This document shows positions 11,564 through 23,299 of a DNA stretch of 64,000 nucleotides, one piece after another (within the stretch, counting starts at the first letter, position 1; each line of letters begins with the position of its first letter). The DNA is from Dudresnaya verticillata. Lineage: Eukaryota. Made by a program: the position numbers and the translations under genes. The DNA is taken from the NCBI GenBank assembly GCA_977862235.1, contig OZ374559.1:1240001-1304000 (forward strand), in the 5' to 3' direction. Under the pieces are notes generated by a model. The model was not told where the DNA came from. It saw only the letters and a program-made list of their open reading frames with translations, and did no database searches.

Positions 11564-14500
11564 AATTCGAACCCGAGTTGGTCGCTGTCATTTATTCACC
11601 ACCCTGTGTGTGAACCCCCGCTTGTAGTGAAGGTCGTATAATGATGACCACCGAGTCAACAGAAACTGAAAATTCATTGTACTTCAGGCCGCGGGAGAGA
11701 AAGTAGTAGGAGAGGAACGTCCAGGGCATTCTTGTTCCAAGATAATACTATTAGTAAGAAAGACTATCCATTCTCTGATGGTTAATCGAATCTCCTGATA
11801 TTATTAAACAGCGAGTGAGGGAAAACAGAGAATATTGAAGCTTGGCTGCCGGGAATTAAGCTGCACAGATGGAAAAAATACACAATCCCGAAGAATCCAG
11901 CCGTAAGCATAAAGGAGATGGTACCTGTGAACTCGAAACGAGAGCTCCCAGCCTTGGCGACAGTTGATAAGTTGTGACCCTCTCTCCATCGTGCGCCGAG
12001 ACCTGCCGTATTTGAGTTGGCACTTTCGGTCTTGGACGCAACGCCTACAGCACTAACAAAAGGCTCTATCACAAAGTCCGCCCGATTTCGGAGTACAGTA
12101 CGTCAGAAAGAAAAGAGATTTGCTCGGCCTTGTCCCTCACCAAGTCCGATCTCTTCTTGAGAAAAAGTTCCCTTCTCCTTAAATCTAACCCGACCTCCGC
12201 AGGCCTACTGCCCTTCCCGGCGTGAACGTGGCAACAATCTCCACATACCGCTATTGAATCACTAAAATAAACCCTGGAGAGGTATTCACTTTTCTCCGGA
12301 ATGACAAGGAACCCTATAAGGGAGTTTAAGGGCTTGATATTTTGACCAGAAACTCGGTCCACGGACCACCAAGGGCATAACGACTAGACTAAATAACTCA
12401 AATCTTTCACCTGCTGGTGACTTGACTTGGCAACTGTACTGTGTTCAAAATTAAGTTAAGCGTAGTGATAACCAGTTTACAACACGGCAGCGAACCAGGC
12501 GCTTGAAATTCAGCACACTAGTACTAGCTCTCAATTCACAGCACCAGTTAATAGAAAGGTGAAGTATGTTAATATATCTGTAGGTCACCCCTATCGCAGA
12601 GCTCTGTACAGTCTACCACCTTTCGGGCTCTCCCTGAAATTATGTGAGTCGTGGTTAGATCATCACCTGAGCTGCAAATAAGAGATAGCGGACCTTTATT
12701 TAAGCAGATGAAAGGGCCTTCAGAAAGCCTCAGGTACTAAATAAGTAAACCAGCCAGGAAGACCACGTCGAAGGATGGTGTCCCGACCTTTTCGAGACTT
12801 AGGCATCAAGCACAAGAACGTCGATTGTTAGCTAAAGCTTGATATCGAAAGAGATGGTCCACAAAGCCTGAATAGGGCACCGGTTTCTACTCAGAAAAAC
12901 CACGAGATGTGGTCTAAAATGCCTCCCGCAATGTTGCAAGGATGGAGCTTACATAACTGATAGGACGGAGAATATTAACAGAAACCATTCCTAGTCCACT
13001 ATGCCGCAATGGAAGAGTCGCAACCGCCCAAGCATCGTCTGTTGATGTGCAGTGAGTGCTTTTGAACACCCTATGCAGGCCAGATTCATGAATGACTGTA
13101 CAGGCTTTGATAATTTGCAAAAGGGCAAAGATCAGTTCTTGAATCATGGTCCGAAGAGAGCCGCCGATCTCAGCAAAGTGCCGAGGACAAAGAAAACATG
13201 ACGCGGAAAACAAGGGCGGTATCCGCAACTTGAAAACTGAGTTTCAACTTGCACTGTCACAGAATATAGCCAAGAATGATGATTCGAAATTGCGGAGGCA
13301 CGGACAGCAGAGAAGGCCGCAACAGCTTCAGTTTCGTACCTTCCTCGTTCACCCAAATCCCTGGAACTCGATCGTTCGGAACGGATTGTAAACTGAAACC
13401 GAGATGGGAATTCGATTTCTCGTGTTTCTGTGTTCAAGGGCTACATGAGGTTAGGCATAAGATTCCTCGTGAACACAACTCTGTTCCAGTATCCTTTAAG
13501 CCTACACTTCTCAAGAAGGTAGTCAAAGGTGGAGATGCAGACAACGCTAGACACGTTGCATATTCGGATCGGGCTCGTGCAGGAAAGTCCGGTTCTACTA
13601 AACAGTTGTTTCCTAGTAAGAATCATCGCAAGGCTCAAGTAACTAATTCCGCAGCACGTTGAACAGTTCAAGCTAAGGGTGGCCATGATCTCCACCATCT
13701 TCAATAGCGGTACGGCGATCAAGTGGATCTGAGCAGAAAGCACGAATTCAGTCGAATATGACTCAGCTGGTACTGTAGACAGTTGTTGGGCCAACGTTAG
13801 CCCAAGCTTGTACATTTAGCTAGATATGCATCTGTTGGATGTTAAGCTTTACTGACTACAAGCCCTTCTGAATACCGTTTCACGCAGCTGTACTTTTGCA
13901 GCTCAGCTTTCAGTTTGGTAATTCTGCAACCGTAAATTTCAGCTTCAGAACTGCTGGGCTTCCAGCTTTTCCCTAGACTTCTCAGCCACAGACATTCACC
14001 AACAGGAGTGACAACCGCCGCGCTTGGAAAGTTCTATAATCTTGCTCTTCACTCAATAGCACTTTAGCTCGGCTATAAAAAGCCTCTCTCAGTCTTTTCC
14101 ACAGTAAAGAGCAGACAACACCTTACCACACAACTCCCACCTTTACTTGCACTTCCTTTAGTGCGCAACAACAGTACGCAGCAAAACTTAGCTGAGCCCA
14201 TAGCTCATCCAAAGAAGTCATGAGTATCGTTGGGTAGGCATATGAAGTCAGGGGCCCTATGTATGAAGGTTTCCCTGGAGAGACAAAGCGTATTTCAAGT
14301 CCGGTTTCCTGGAACCATGGTCCGATTTCTGGAGTTTCAGGGTCTTCGATAGCAGCAGAAGGGGCATTGGTGGCTCCGGTCATATCCGCTTTGGTGGTTC
14401 TGTCACTAACAAGTCCACTATAATTAATGAATCCGTCGTTGCGGAATCGGAATTGGCCGTGCAGAAGTCAGATCCTGGAGGCTGTTGTGTCGGAGTGCTG

Positions 14501-14909
14501 CGAAACATGGAACAATGCCTCAAAACTAGCAATATTCCAAAGCTTTCTATTATGGATGCCGCGAGCGCTCTCAAAATCTCCATCCGTGCCAAAAAGGGAT
14601 AGGCAGGCTGTCCCAGTTTGGGTGTCAAAATATCTGGTGATGAACAGGTAGAGGTTGCTATGGCCATTGGAAGGAGAGTGGCCGTAATAGGGACAATACG
14701 TCTTCTGATTCGAGGGATCTCAACCTTCAGAACACCGATTCTTTGGTTGTTTTAGAAGCCTTGGTTGAGACCGCTCCCTATCTGGAGAGAGTGATGCAGA
14801 AGACAATGACTCAACGTTTGTACGACGGAAGAAGAATAGAACCGTTCGTCGGTATCAGAAATGATAATCAAGAGGAGATATTTTACCTCAGGAAGAAGCG
14901 TCTTCTGTG

Positions 14910-17440
14910 AAGTTTGATTTATTGGTATTTTGTTTAGAGTGGTCCTGCGCGGGCGGCTATGGCCCATTTGCAGGCACACTTTCGGGCTATGGTCTATTCA
15001 GGCGATGTGGAGTGCTCCTGCGGGAGGGGGAGAGGGAATTCTTCTTGGCAGGCCGCTCGGATCAGTTGGATGGCTTCCGTTATTTCTTGGAGATCTTGAG
15101 GGGTGGGGTCGCGTAGTGCGAGCTTTTGTAGAGTGGCAGCGGGTTGACGGAGGGCAGCGCGCTTGGAGGGCATTTGGGGGGTATCGGGAACGTGCCGAGG
15201 TGCCACCGAACTGCCAGTTTCCGATCTTGGTGGTCCCAAAGGAGTAGTGCTGGTGGGAAGCGGTGGGATGGGTAGACTGGCGCGGGTCTCCTGGTGCTGA
15301 GTGCATCGCTCCACGCGCGATGCAGCTTGGACAGGTGTGCCTGGCGCTGGGATGGGGGCGGAGGACTCTGGGCTGCGCTACGGAGCGAGACGCTCGGGAA
15401 TTTTGTGAGGGCCTGTAGCGTATGGCCTGCGTGCCACGATGCGGTTGTGTCTTTTGATCGTTCGGTCCTTCGGAGGCTTGGGATGAGCTGATGTTGTAGG
15501 TATGAATGGCGGACCTTCGGGGGCTCCATGCGGTAGAGGGCGCGTAGTTTCCGCAGCCGGGGAGCAGACACGCGTTGTGATTTCTGCCCTATGCAGATAC
15601 GGAGGAACTGGGAGTCCAGGGAGTCGAGAGCGGTGTCCAATTCCCTCGTTATGTTGACCAGGGCTAGGCCATATTCGTAGACCGGTCTGACGAACGCGTT
15701 GTACAAATATATCGCGGAGGCGGCGGGCATTGTAGAGGAGAGTGAGCCCAAGGATTGCAGTGCGCCGATGGCCCTTTTGGCAGCTGAGATGCGCGCGAGT
15801 ACTGTAGCGGCCCCGACCCCGTTGATGTTGATTTCAACACCAAGGTACCGGACGGTGCTCCGGACAGGGATTGGTGCACCCGCGATACTGAACGCTGCTG
15901 TGCTGGGTCTTGTTCTGTGACGTGTTGGGAGTATGGCCGTGCACTTGGCGGGGGACCAGGTCATTCCGTGCTTGGCAGCCCATTGATCGCAGACCTGTAG
16001 GGCTAGGCGTAGGGAGTGGGGACACGAGGCTTGTATCAGGCAGTCATCTGCAAACAACCGGCCAGGTGGGTCTTGGTCACTGCGGTGGAGAGCTTCACAA
16101 AGTTCGTACGCTAGCGAGTCGATGAAGATATTAAAAAGGATTGGGCTGAGGGGGGATCCTTGCACCACACCGCGTTGTATTACAGCCTGGCACGGTGTGG
16201 CATCGCCTGCAGTCCGCACATTCAGAGTTACAAGGGTGCTGCGGATCATTGCAGTAAGGTGTGGGGGGAGTCTTTCTTCACAAATGTTGATGAGTTTGTG
16301 TCTGTCCACTCGGTCGTAGGCCCGTTTTAGGTCTAGTACTGCTCTGTAATCTTCCCCTTGGCAGCTTGTAGATAGTGTGTGTACGACTGCCATCTCCGCA
16401 CGGAGACACCTCTGAAAGCCTAGTTGCATCTTGTGCGGCTTAAAGATTGCCTCCAGCTGAAACGCGAGCGCTCGTTCGATTGTTTTTCGTAAGTGCGAGA
16501 GCATGCAAATCGGTCGGTAGTTGGATGGTACATCATAGGGGCAGGCCTTGTGGACTGGCACCAGCAAGCCATTCTTCCAGCTGCGAGGGAAGATTCCCAA
16601 GTCACCGCAGAGTTTCCAGACGGCGAAGAGCACATCTGCCGCGAGGGTAGGGCACAGTTTGAGCATTTCAGCGTGCACGGCGTCGGGACCAACTGCTTTC
16701 CCACTCTTAGACGACAGGATAGCCCTTCTTATAGAGTTCTTGAATGTGGATGGCAGAAAGAACATGCAGGGTTGTGGTGCGGTCGCACCACCCTGTTGTG
16801 AGGCCATATGTCGTGTAAACGCTGCTGGCTGTAGTTTCGGACCTCCGGAGTTCAATATCTGGATGCGCTTGGCTCTCTTTTTTCTCTGGACTCTGATGGC
16901 CTGCGCTAGTTCGGAGTGGGGCCTTTGGAGAAGCTCGTTGTCGGATGCGAGGTGTTGCTGGCGTTTCAAGGCTCTCATCTTGGACCGTACAGTCCGTTGC
17001 AGTTTGCGGTAAGCCTTTTCAGCCGCATGGCGGTGGTGTTCACTATTGGAGTTCTTCATAGCTCGGTGCGCACGTTGGCGTTTGGCGCGCATCTTTTGGA
17101 GTTCAGGTGGGAGATAAGCCTTGCCAGGGCGGCGAGGTGGGGGAACCGCTTGCAGCCACGGCTGGATGAAGAGACCCGGTAACTTGTCGAAGGCCTTCTG
17201 AGCTTCCAATGGGTCGTGTATTTCTTGTAGACTGTCCGCGAACGCCTTGAGGGTGACATTGTACTTCCGACGTACGGACTCGTGGTAGCGTGGGTTGGCG
17301 AGGATTGGTTTGGTGATGTATTGTCTTCGCTGCCTGGCCGGTGGGTTGTCGGGCTGAAGCGGTCTTGTAGCCGTACTGTTTTGTGTTTCGACTTCAACAA
17401 GGACTGGTGCGTGGTCACTCGCCCCATCCCAACTTCCAAG
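14910..17440 (-). mobile_element. 5'-truncated LINE (non-LTR retrotransposon)
   Basis: Contains the RT ORF. AATAAA lies near the 3' end (minus strand, ~14918-14923). Candidate 6-bp TSD TCTGTG at 14904-14909 and 17441-17446. No endonuclease domain retained. Confidence 0.8.
15080..17209 (-). pseudogene. LINE ORF2 reverse transcriptase (truncated, frameshifted near the C-terminus)
   Basis: Motifs KAVGPD, NYRPICMLS, QLGFQ, LDLKRAYDRV, GVVQGSPLSPILFNIFID, LFADD, RYLG, VRPVYEYG. Confidence 0.95.
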
Positions 17441-18343
17441 TCTGTGTTCTCATCGCTTGAGTAAACTTAGGAGCTGTTACAGAGCAGAGCCAGTCGGCAA
17501 GCTCGTGGAATCTAACAGTCATAGGAGTGGTGAGGAATATTCATACCTATACTCTGCAAAGCTTTAAAAGACAGCTTCATTTGCACAAGCATTTGCCACG
17601 GTAGCTTGCAAGCTGCTATTCATACAGGCATGGAGCATGGATCACCTCTCAGCAAGATTCCATTCAACCTGCTCGTAGTAATCCTCTCTCATACGCCCTC
17701 CTTGAAACATTGTATGGCAAACATCGAGATAGAACAAGAGCCGTCACGAAGCGCTTTTTTGCTTGTGATTGATTATTGCAAACCGCATTGGTCTCCTCGA
17801 TAAAACGGGCCCTGTCTTCCTATCACCAATTAGGCGAAAAGTGGAAACGGTATGGTCTGCGGTAAAGTGCTCCATAGTACTCCCAATCATCGACACAGCG
17901 GAAGGCGCAACAAAGACTTGCTCTTGCTGGATGGAAAAAAGATGGTAGCCAGGACCGAGGGCTCGTGTTTGGGCGTCATTATTTCGGGGGATCGTGTGAG
18001 GCACACTGTAACACACACAGACGCTCTCCAAATCCTACCGGGAAATGACCATCATCCTCACACTCGAGTGCGGAACCAAATTCTGCCGGGTCGGTAGCGG
18101 CTTTCATCCTCACACTTGTATAGCACACTCCAAATGCTGCCGGGCAACTTCTACTATACCAGTATGAGCAGGATGATTTATGTGTAGATATAGCATGCAC
18201 AGACCTGCCTACACTGCATCTGTACCCGTCGTCCCCCCGCCCCGCCCCGCCCCCTTCCCCACCCCCGCGCGCCACCCTTCGTTCCTCAACTTACCCCTTC
18301 TCTATCTGCTTCATCAATCTTTCGCTCTCCGAACGTTAAAATT

Positions 18344-19414
18344 ATGAATCCAGTAATGGCGGAAGAAGCATTCCGAAAGCTCTTTCCAGAACTCGTGGCC
18401 ATGTTCTCACTCAATCCAGAAGACATGAAGAAGAAGTTAGAGCCTCTGAATCAGCCATATTTAGTTGGTGACATAGAAGAACAGATCTACTACCGATACA
18501 TCGACATGTACTGTCCAAAGTACCCCGCTCTGCCAAAGCTGACGATAGAACCGTTTACCAAGCTCTTTTTCAAAGTACACCAATCGTTTGCCCATTTCAC
18601 TGACCACGATGCGGAGCATCTCGTGAAATTGTATCTCAATCTTCCAAGGTACGGAATCATGCTGCAGAACTCACATCACGAAGTGCTCATGGTGAAAGGG
18701 AAATCTCATGAAGTATTCGGCTTCCCGAAGGGAAAGAGCAAGATGAATGAAGAAAGCTTCCAGACAGCCAACCGAGAAGTCTTGGAAGAAGTTGGCTATG
18801 ATGCACAGCTCTCCACCAGCACACCTTCAAGCTTGATGACAGATAGGTATGGAGTCAAGTCTGGAATTTTCATCCGTCAAAATGTAAGGAATACATTCAA
18901 GTTCAGAGCGCAGGCGAAGGAGATCAAAATTATTCGGTGGGTTCCCATTGATCTACTTATATCATCGCGGCGACAGAAGGAGCAAAGGAACGTGACTATG
19001 TATTCTGCTGATGGTAGACATGACCCAGTCGTTGAGGACTTCAAAGTGACAATGCTGGCTAGAATCCATCTTGACAAGCTCCTGAACATGGCTGGAGAGG
19101 CAAATGTAGACTTCAGAAGCGTTCGAGGTGGCCATAGCGTCTCGATATCGTCCAGGGATACATGTGCACGGTACATTCCACCTCATCGCCGGATTTCAAA
19201 CCCGTGCACGGACAATCGTAACTGGCGAGAGAGGGCTACTTCTATACCTTCCGCTCCTGCATCTTCCCCTATGGCCTTCAGATATGTTGGGAGAAGACAG
19301 GTTACCAAGAAAATCGCGACGGCAACACGGCTTCCATTCCGCCTTTCAGATGGAACCAAACCTGCAATTCAATTGCAAAGGGTGCATAGGGTGTGGAGAG
19401 ACGAAAGACACTAG
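18344..19414 (+). CDS. DCP2-like: Divergent Dcp2-like mRNA decapping enzyme (Box A-like domain + Nudix hydrolase), 356 aa
   Basis: Perfect Nudix box GKSKMNEESFQTANREVLEEVGY preceded by VLMVKG and FGFPKGK. N-terminal IEEQIYYRYIDMYCPKYPALPKL resembles Dcp2 Box A. KEIKIIRW follows the Nudix box as in Dcp2. Confidence 0.85.
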   Translation: MNPVMAEEAFRKLFPELVAMFSLNPEDMKKKLEPLNQPYLVGDIEEQIYYRYIDMYCPKYPALPKLTIEPFTKLFFKVHQSFAHFTDHDAEHLVKLYLNLPRYGIMLQNSHHEVLMVKGKSHEVFGFPKGKSKMNEESFQTANREVLEEVGYDAQLSTSTPSSLMTDRYGVKSGIFIRQNVRNTFKFRAQAKEIKIIRWVPIDLLISSRRQKEQRNVTMYSADGRHDPVVEDFKVTMLARIHLDKLLNMAGEANVDFRSVRGGHSVSISSRDTCARYIPPHRRISNPCTDNRNWRERATSIPSAPASSPMAFRYVGRRQVTKKIATATRLPFRLSDGTKPAIQLQRVHRVWRDERH

Positions 19415-20407
19415 AAAATAATTCGAAGAGGGAGGTAACCTTTATATGCAGAAGCTGAAGCAATTAATTGGAATCTTGTCACCCTGAAATGCTGCAGCTA
19501 GATGAGAGAGTATTGCTGACTGCTTTACAGCCGTAATGTTCTTGATATGGCCCCACCAACTAGGTGGAGAGTCATCATCAATTTTAATGGCATTCCCAGT
19601 CCTACGGTATCGAGGTCTCAAACCGTAGAGTCTTCTCAACAAACCTATATGGTACTACCAGGCTCACACGATTACGACGTCACGCATCTAATCCTGTGAA
19701 CACCTGTGGCGTGTTGTGTTATTTCTCGAATGGCTGGTTTCTCGATTCTCCAAAACACCTTTGGAACGAACACATGTCATACAATGTTTGCGCGCCGGTG
19801 AAGAGAGGAAAAGCTACTCCAAAAACGAGTAATTTGAATCCAGCAAGAGGATTTATGAGTCAAAAACAAAGAGTTGGTAAGGGAGCCAGGGCCAGGATGT
19901 TTGCACTAGAGGCAAGAAACCACCACAATCCGGGCCTCCTGATGATATCAAGCGACTCATTTGATCCGAAGTTTATCAGAAGTAGGCGAGGTTCCTTACT
20001 TTGACACACATGTTTTGGAGACGCGCTGAGCTGGACTGGAGAACCTTGCAACGATTCAGAGATACATGCTCATCTCTATTGGATGATATCCGATGCTATG
20101 TCAAGGGGTAACTGGCGGTAGGGGCGGAGTAGAGGTAGAATGGAGTAACTTCCGAATAGAAGCAGATGTAGACTACAAAGAATGCAGTCGGTCACTAAAT
20201 GCGACACATTACAGGAGTACATTACAGTGCATATGTCTCTTCGGATTTTTGACAGATTTGTATTTGCAATTATGACAGCTGTCATTCTGACGCAAAACGT
20301 CTGATACATCGTCTAATATCAATAGCCGCCATCTCTCTACTCCACGTGGGTTTCCTACTGGTCTCAACCCCTCCTGGGGCTTCATTTTGTTGCTTATAAG
20401 GTCTTGG

Positions 20408-20431
20408 TCTCTCTCTCTCTCTCTCTCTCTC
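20408..20431. repeat. (TC)12 microsatellite
   Basis: Direct reading. Confidence 0.95.
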
Positions 20432-23299
20432 GATTGATACTAAACTGATCATCTTCTAAGCGTTTCTACTAGATCCGCTAGCCGGCAACTCTCCCGTGAC
20501 GTATCAGCAGAATCTATTGAACTGTTGAGAAACTTTGTGCAAGAAAGGAAGGACCTTTGAACCAGAAATGAAAGAGTCTCGTTTGTAAGTCTTCCCTCTG
20601 CCTTCATCAAGACCTTCGCTCCATCTTCACCGTATCCTAAAATGGTAAAGGAGACAATTCTTGTAGGATTATTGCGTAGTAGATACAAAAAGGGGCCCTC
20701 AGCCGGAGATTTAGGGTAATAACTGGTGTCTACTCCGGGCACTCGTATGTTTCATTTTTCGGGAGACGTTTGTTAAGAGCGCGACAAATGCATTGCATCA
20801 AATGCTGGCATTCTTATTGACAGGTGGCCTCGACAGAGAGCTCAGATCCACAAAAGAACACGCTGGGTTAAGTGAGCCGCCTGACACAAGAATATATCTC
20901 CAAGGTCATTCCGAGGTACCCGACGGACAGACGTTTTTGCGTAATACGAAATACGAGTAGCACGGTTCTCGAAGGACTTTCTGCTCGGATCGTGACGAGG
21001 GAAGTAAAGATGCACGCAAGACGACCGGGATCATGGGAAATGTGCAGAGCGAAGACAAAAACTCATGGTGCGCAGGGAGATCCGTTTCGCACTTGGTGCG
21101 GCCCATACGGGGACCGCTCGACCGGAGCGGTTGCGTGACATCAAGACGTGCAAAGGTACCGACAAAGCTGAATCTGGTGCACAGCTTGTGGTGAGATTCG
21201 CACCGCGCGAGACTAATGCAAGTGTATTCTAGGTCGACGTGTGTGTAGCGAGTAGCTCTGCGAGTCGCATAGGGAGTTTCGAGAGATGACCTCAGTGACA
21301 CTCACTTTGATGCGATAGTGGGGTGCTGAGACAAACGGGTCTTGGCGTGGGAGTGCGGCTCGACTGTTGTGTCTGCGTGACGCGTTTGCCCCCTCTCCGA
21401 GTGGAGCCTGGCGCGCAGGTGGCGACTGATGAGAGACATGCCGCATGCTCCCTTGTCGACTGTTGCGAAATCCGACTACATCTTGCTTGGCTAGGCGCGC
21501 CGCGTCGGCGGCAGAGAGTGAGCGCGAATCTCGTCGCGCGACAGTTCGCGCGACGAGATTGGCTACACGAACGCCCTCCTTCGGCACAGCACGGCTGCTC
21601 GGGCTGGCTGGGAGGGCGCGGATGCGCGGCGGGTGGCAACCTATCGGCCCGGCCGGTGGTCCGCCTTACTCTGTCCGTAGCGGCCGGGCGGAGGCCCTAG
21701 CGCGTTTTTGCGGCGTGACGGGCGTACCCACGTCACGCGCGGTTGATATATAAAAGGCGTGCACGAAAACGCGCGCGTTTCTAACGTGACGATGATAGCA
21801 CGCGCCTTTCTCGTCTGGTGCGATTTGCACGGCGCTTCACGGAAATTTCGCCGTTGCCGAGTCTGCTGTCAGGCCGGGCGCAGCTCCCCAACTCGTTGTC
21901 GTCGAAGACTGTTTCCAGCGACTCGCGTGCGCACAAAGAGTTGAAGGGCGTGTCAGGGCGTGTCGAACAGCTGCCGTGCGCCTGCGTGTGGAATACGGTC
22001 CTTCCCACAGATCCACGTGGGCGCGGTGGATGCCTGCGACTAGCACCTGCGCGACGTCCGGGTTGGACCTGCAACAAATTTTTTCTTCTGCTACCGAGAA
22101 GGACTCGTAGAGAAGGGCGTCTCCAGACGAACTTCCCAAACAAATCCCCAACTTGCCCTTGACGCAAACTCTCCCCGTCTGTCAATCCACGCGAGTGGGC
22201 TCGCCCCTACAGCGCCCGGCAGGCGAAAACTGTAACCGCCGGTCCTGTCCTGCGTGCGCCTGCTGACCGCTTGGCTGCGCAACCGGACATAGCACCAACC
22301 GCGCCGGCCTTACCTTCCGACAGTTAGAGGCTGTGTCCGATCGCGTGCGCGGCGCAAGCAGACCGGGCACAAGTATCTGAGTGCGTGTATTGCTTCTGTA
22401 CCTGCCCAGCCTGAAGACACCCCTGCACCAGCGCGGCGGGCACTGCTCACAGGCAAAACAAGCCCCATCTGCCGCGGAGTCCAACTCGCCGCGCGATGCA
22501 AGCGTGCGAACGCACGAGACGCCCCGCTCCCCCTCCGCCGCGGCGCGCGTGCGCGGGCAAGCACCGGACCAGTCCGCGGTGGCTGTCCGCGCCGGCCGGA
22601 ACATGCTCCCCGTGGCGACGCCTGTCCCTGCGAAGCCCAGCCCGTTGTCTCGCTTGCTTGCCGTGTCTCCGCACTGCCGGCATATGGGCGTGTGCGCGGA
22701 ACAGGGCCCTTGTCGCACGGGCTGACGCGGATGCGCACGCGCGCGCACATGCGGGTCGCCGTCCTGCGCGGCGCCGTCCGCCGTGGCTGCGTCGCGTTGC
22801 AGATGTCGCGGTGTGCATTTTGCATTTCTCTCGCGGAATTCAAAGCGTAATGCGATGAGCAGATTTCAGAAATTAAGAGGTTGGAGCCACAAGTCATTGC
22901 CACATGTCCCGTACTTCTTTTTCTACTTCGTAGCACTCCACGTAGTGTGTTAGCTCATAGGCCACTTCTGCCGAAGCAGACGCACTCTAAATCAGGTTGA
23001 GTAAAATTATACATGTCCCGTAGTGCCACCTTGCGACTGTTGCCTCCCGTATTTGTCGAAGCACAACTCCCCTCATTTGAGCTATGTGGTTTCCTCGTGA
23101 GCCTCTTCGGATTTATACTCTCGCGATTGTCGGTGACGGGTCACCCAACTCTCGTCTCCGGTGTATCCTTGCTACGGGCTTTCATCCTGGTTTCAATGCG
23201 CTGATGCGATCAAATCGAACCCCTTGAACATGAGATCAACCCTCTAGTTCAAGCGATGTTTAATCGTGTCTTCTTATATCAAATAGAGCGCTTAAAAGA

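Larger units (their letters stand above)
12300..18100 (-). mobile_element. Heavily decayed CRE/SLACS-like non-LTR retrotransposon, interrupted by the LINE at 14910-17440
   Basis: Minus-strand peptide relics WAVATLPLRHSGLG (~13030-12990; CRE-type WxxAxLPxxxGGLG) and RIVPITATLLPMAIA (~14700-14655; RPIAI-like). Many stops and frameshifts; boundaries approximate. Confidence 0.5.
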
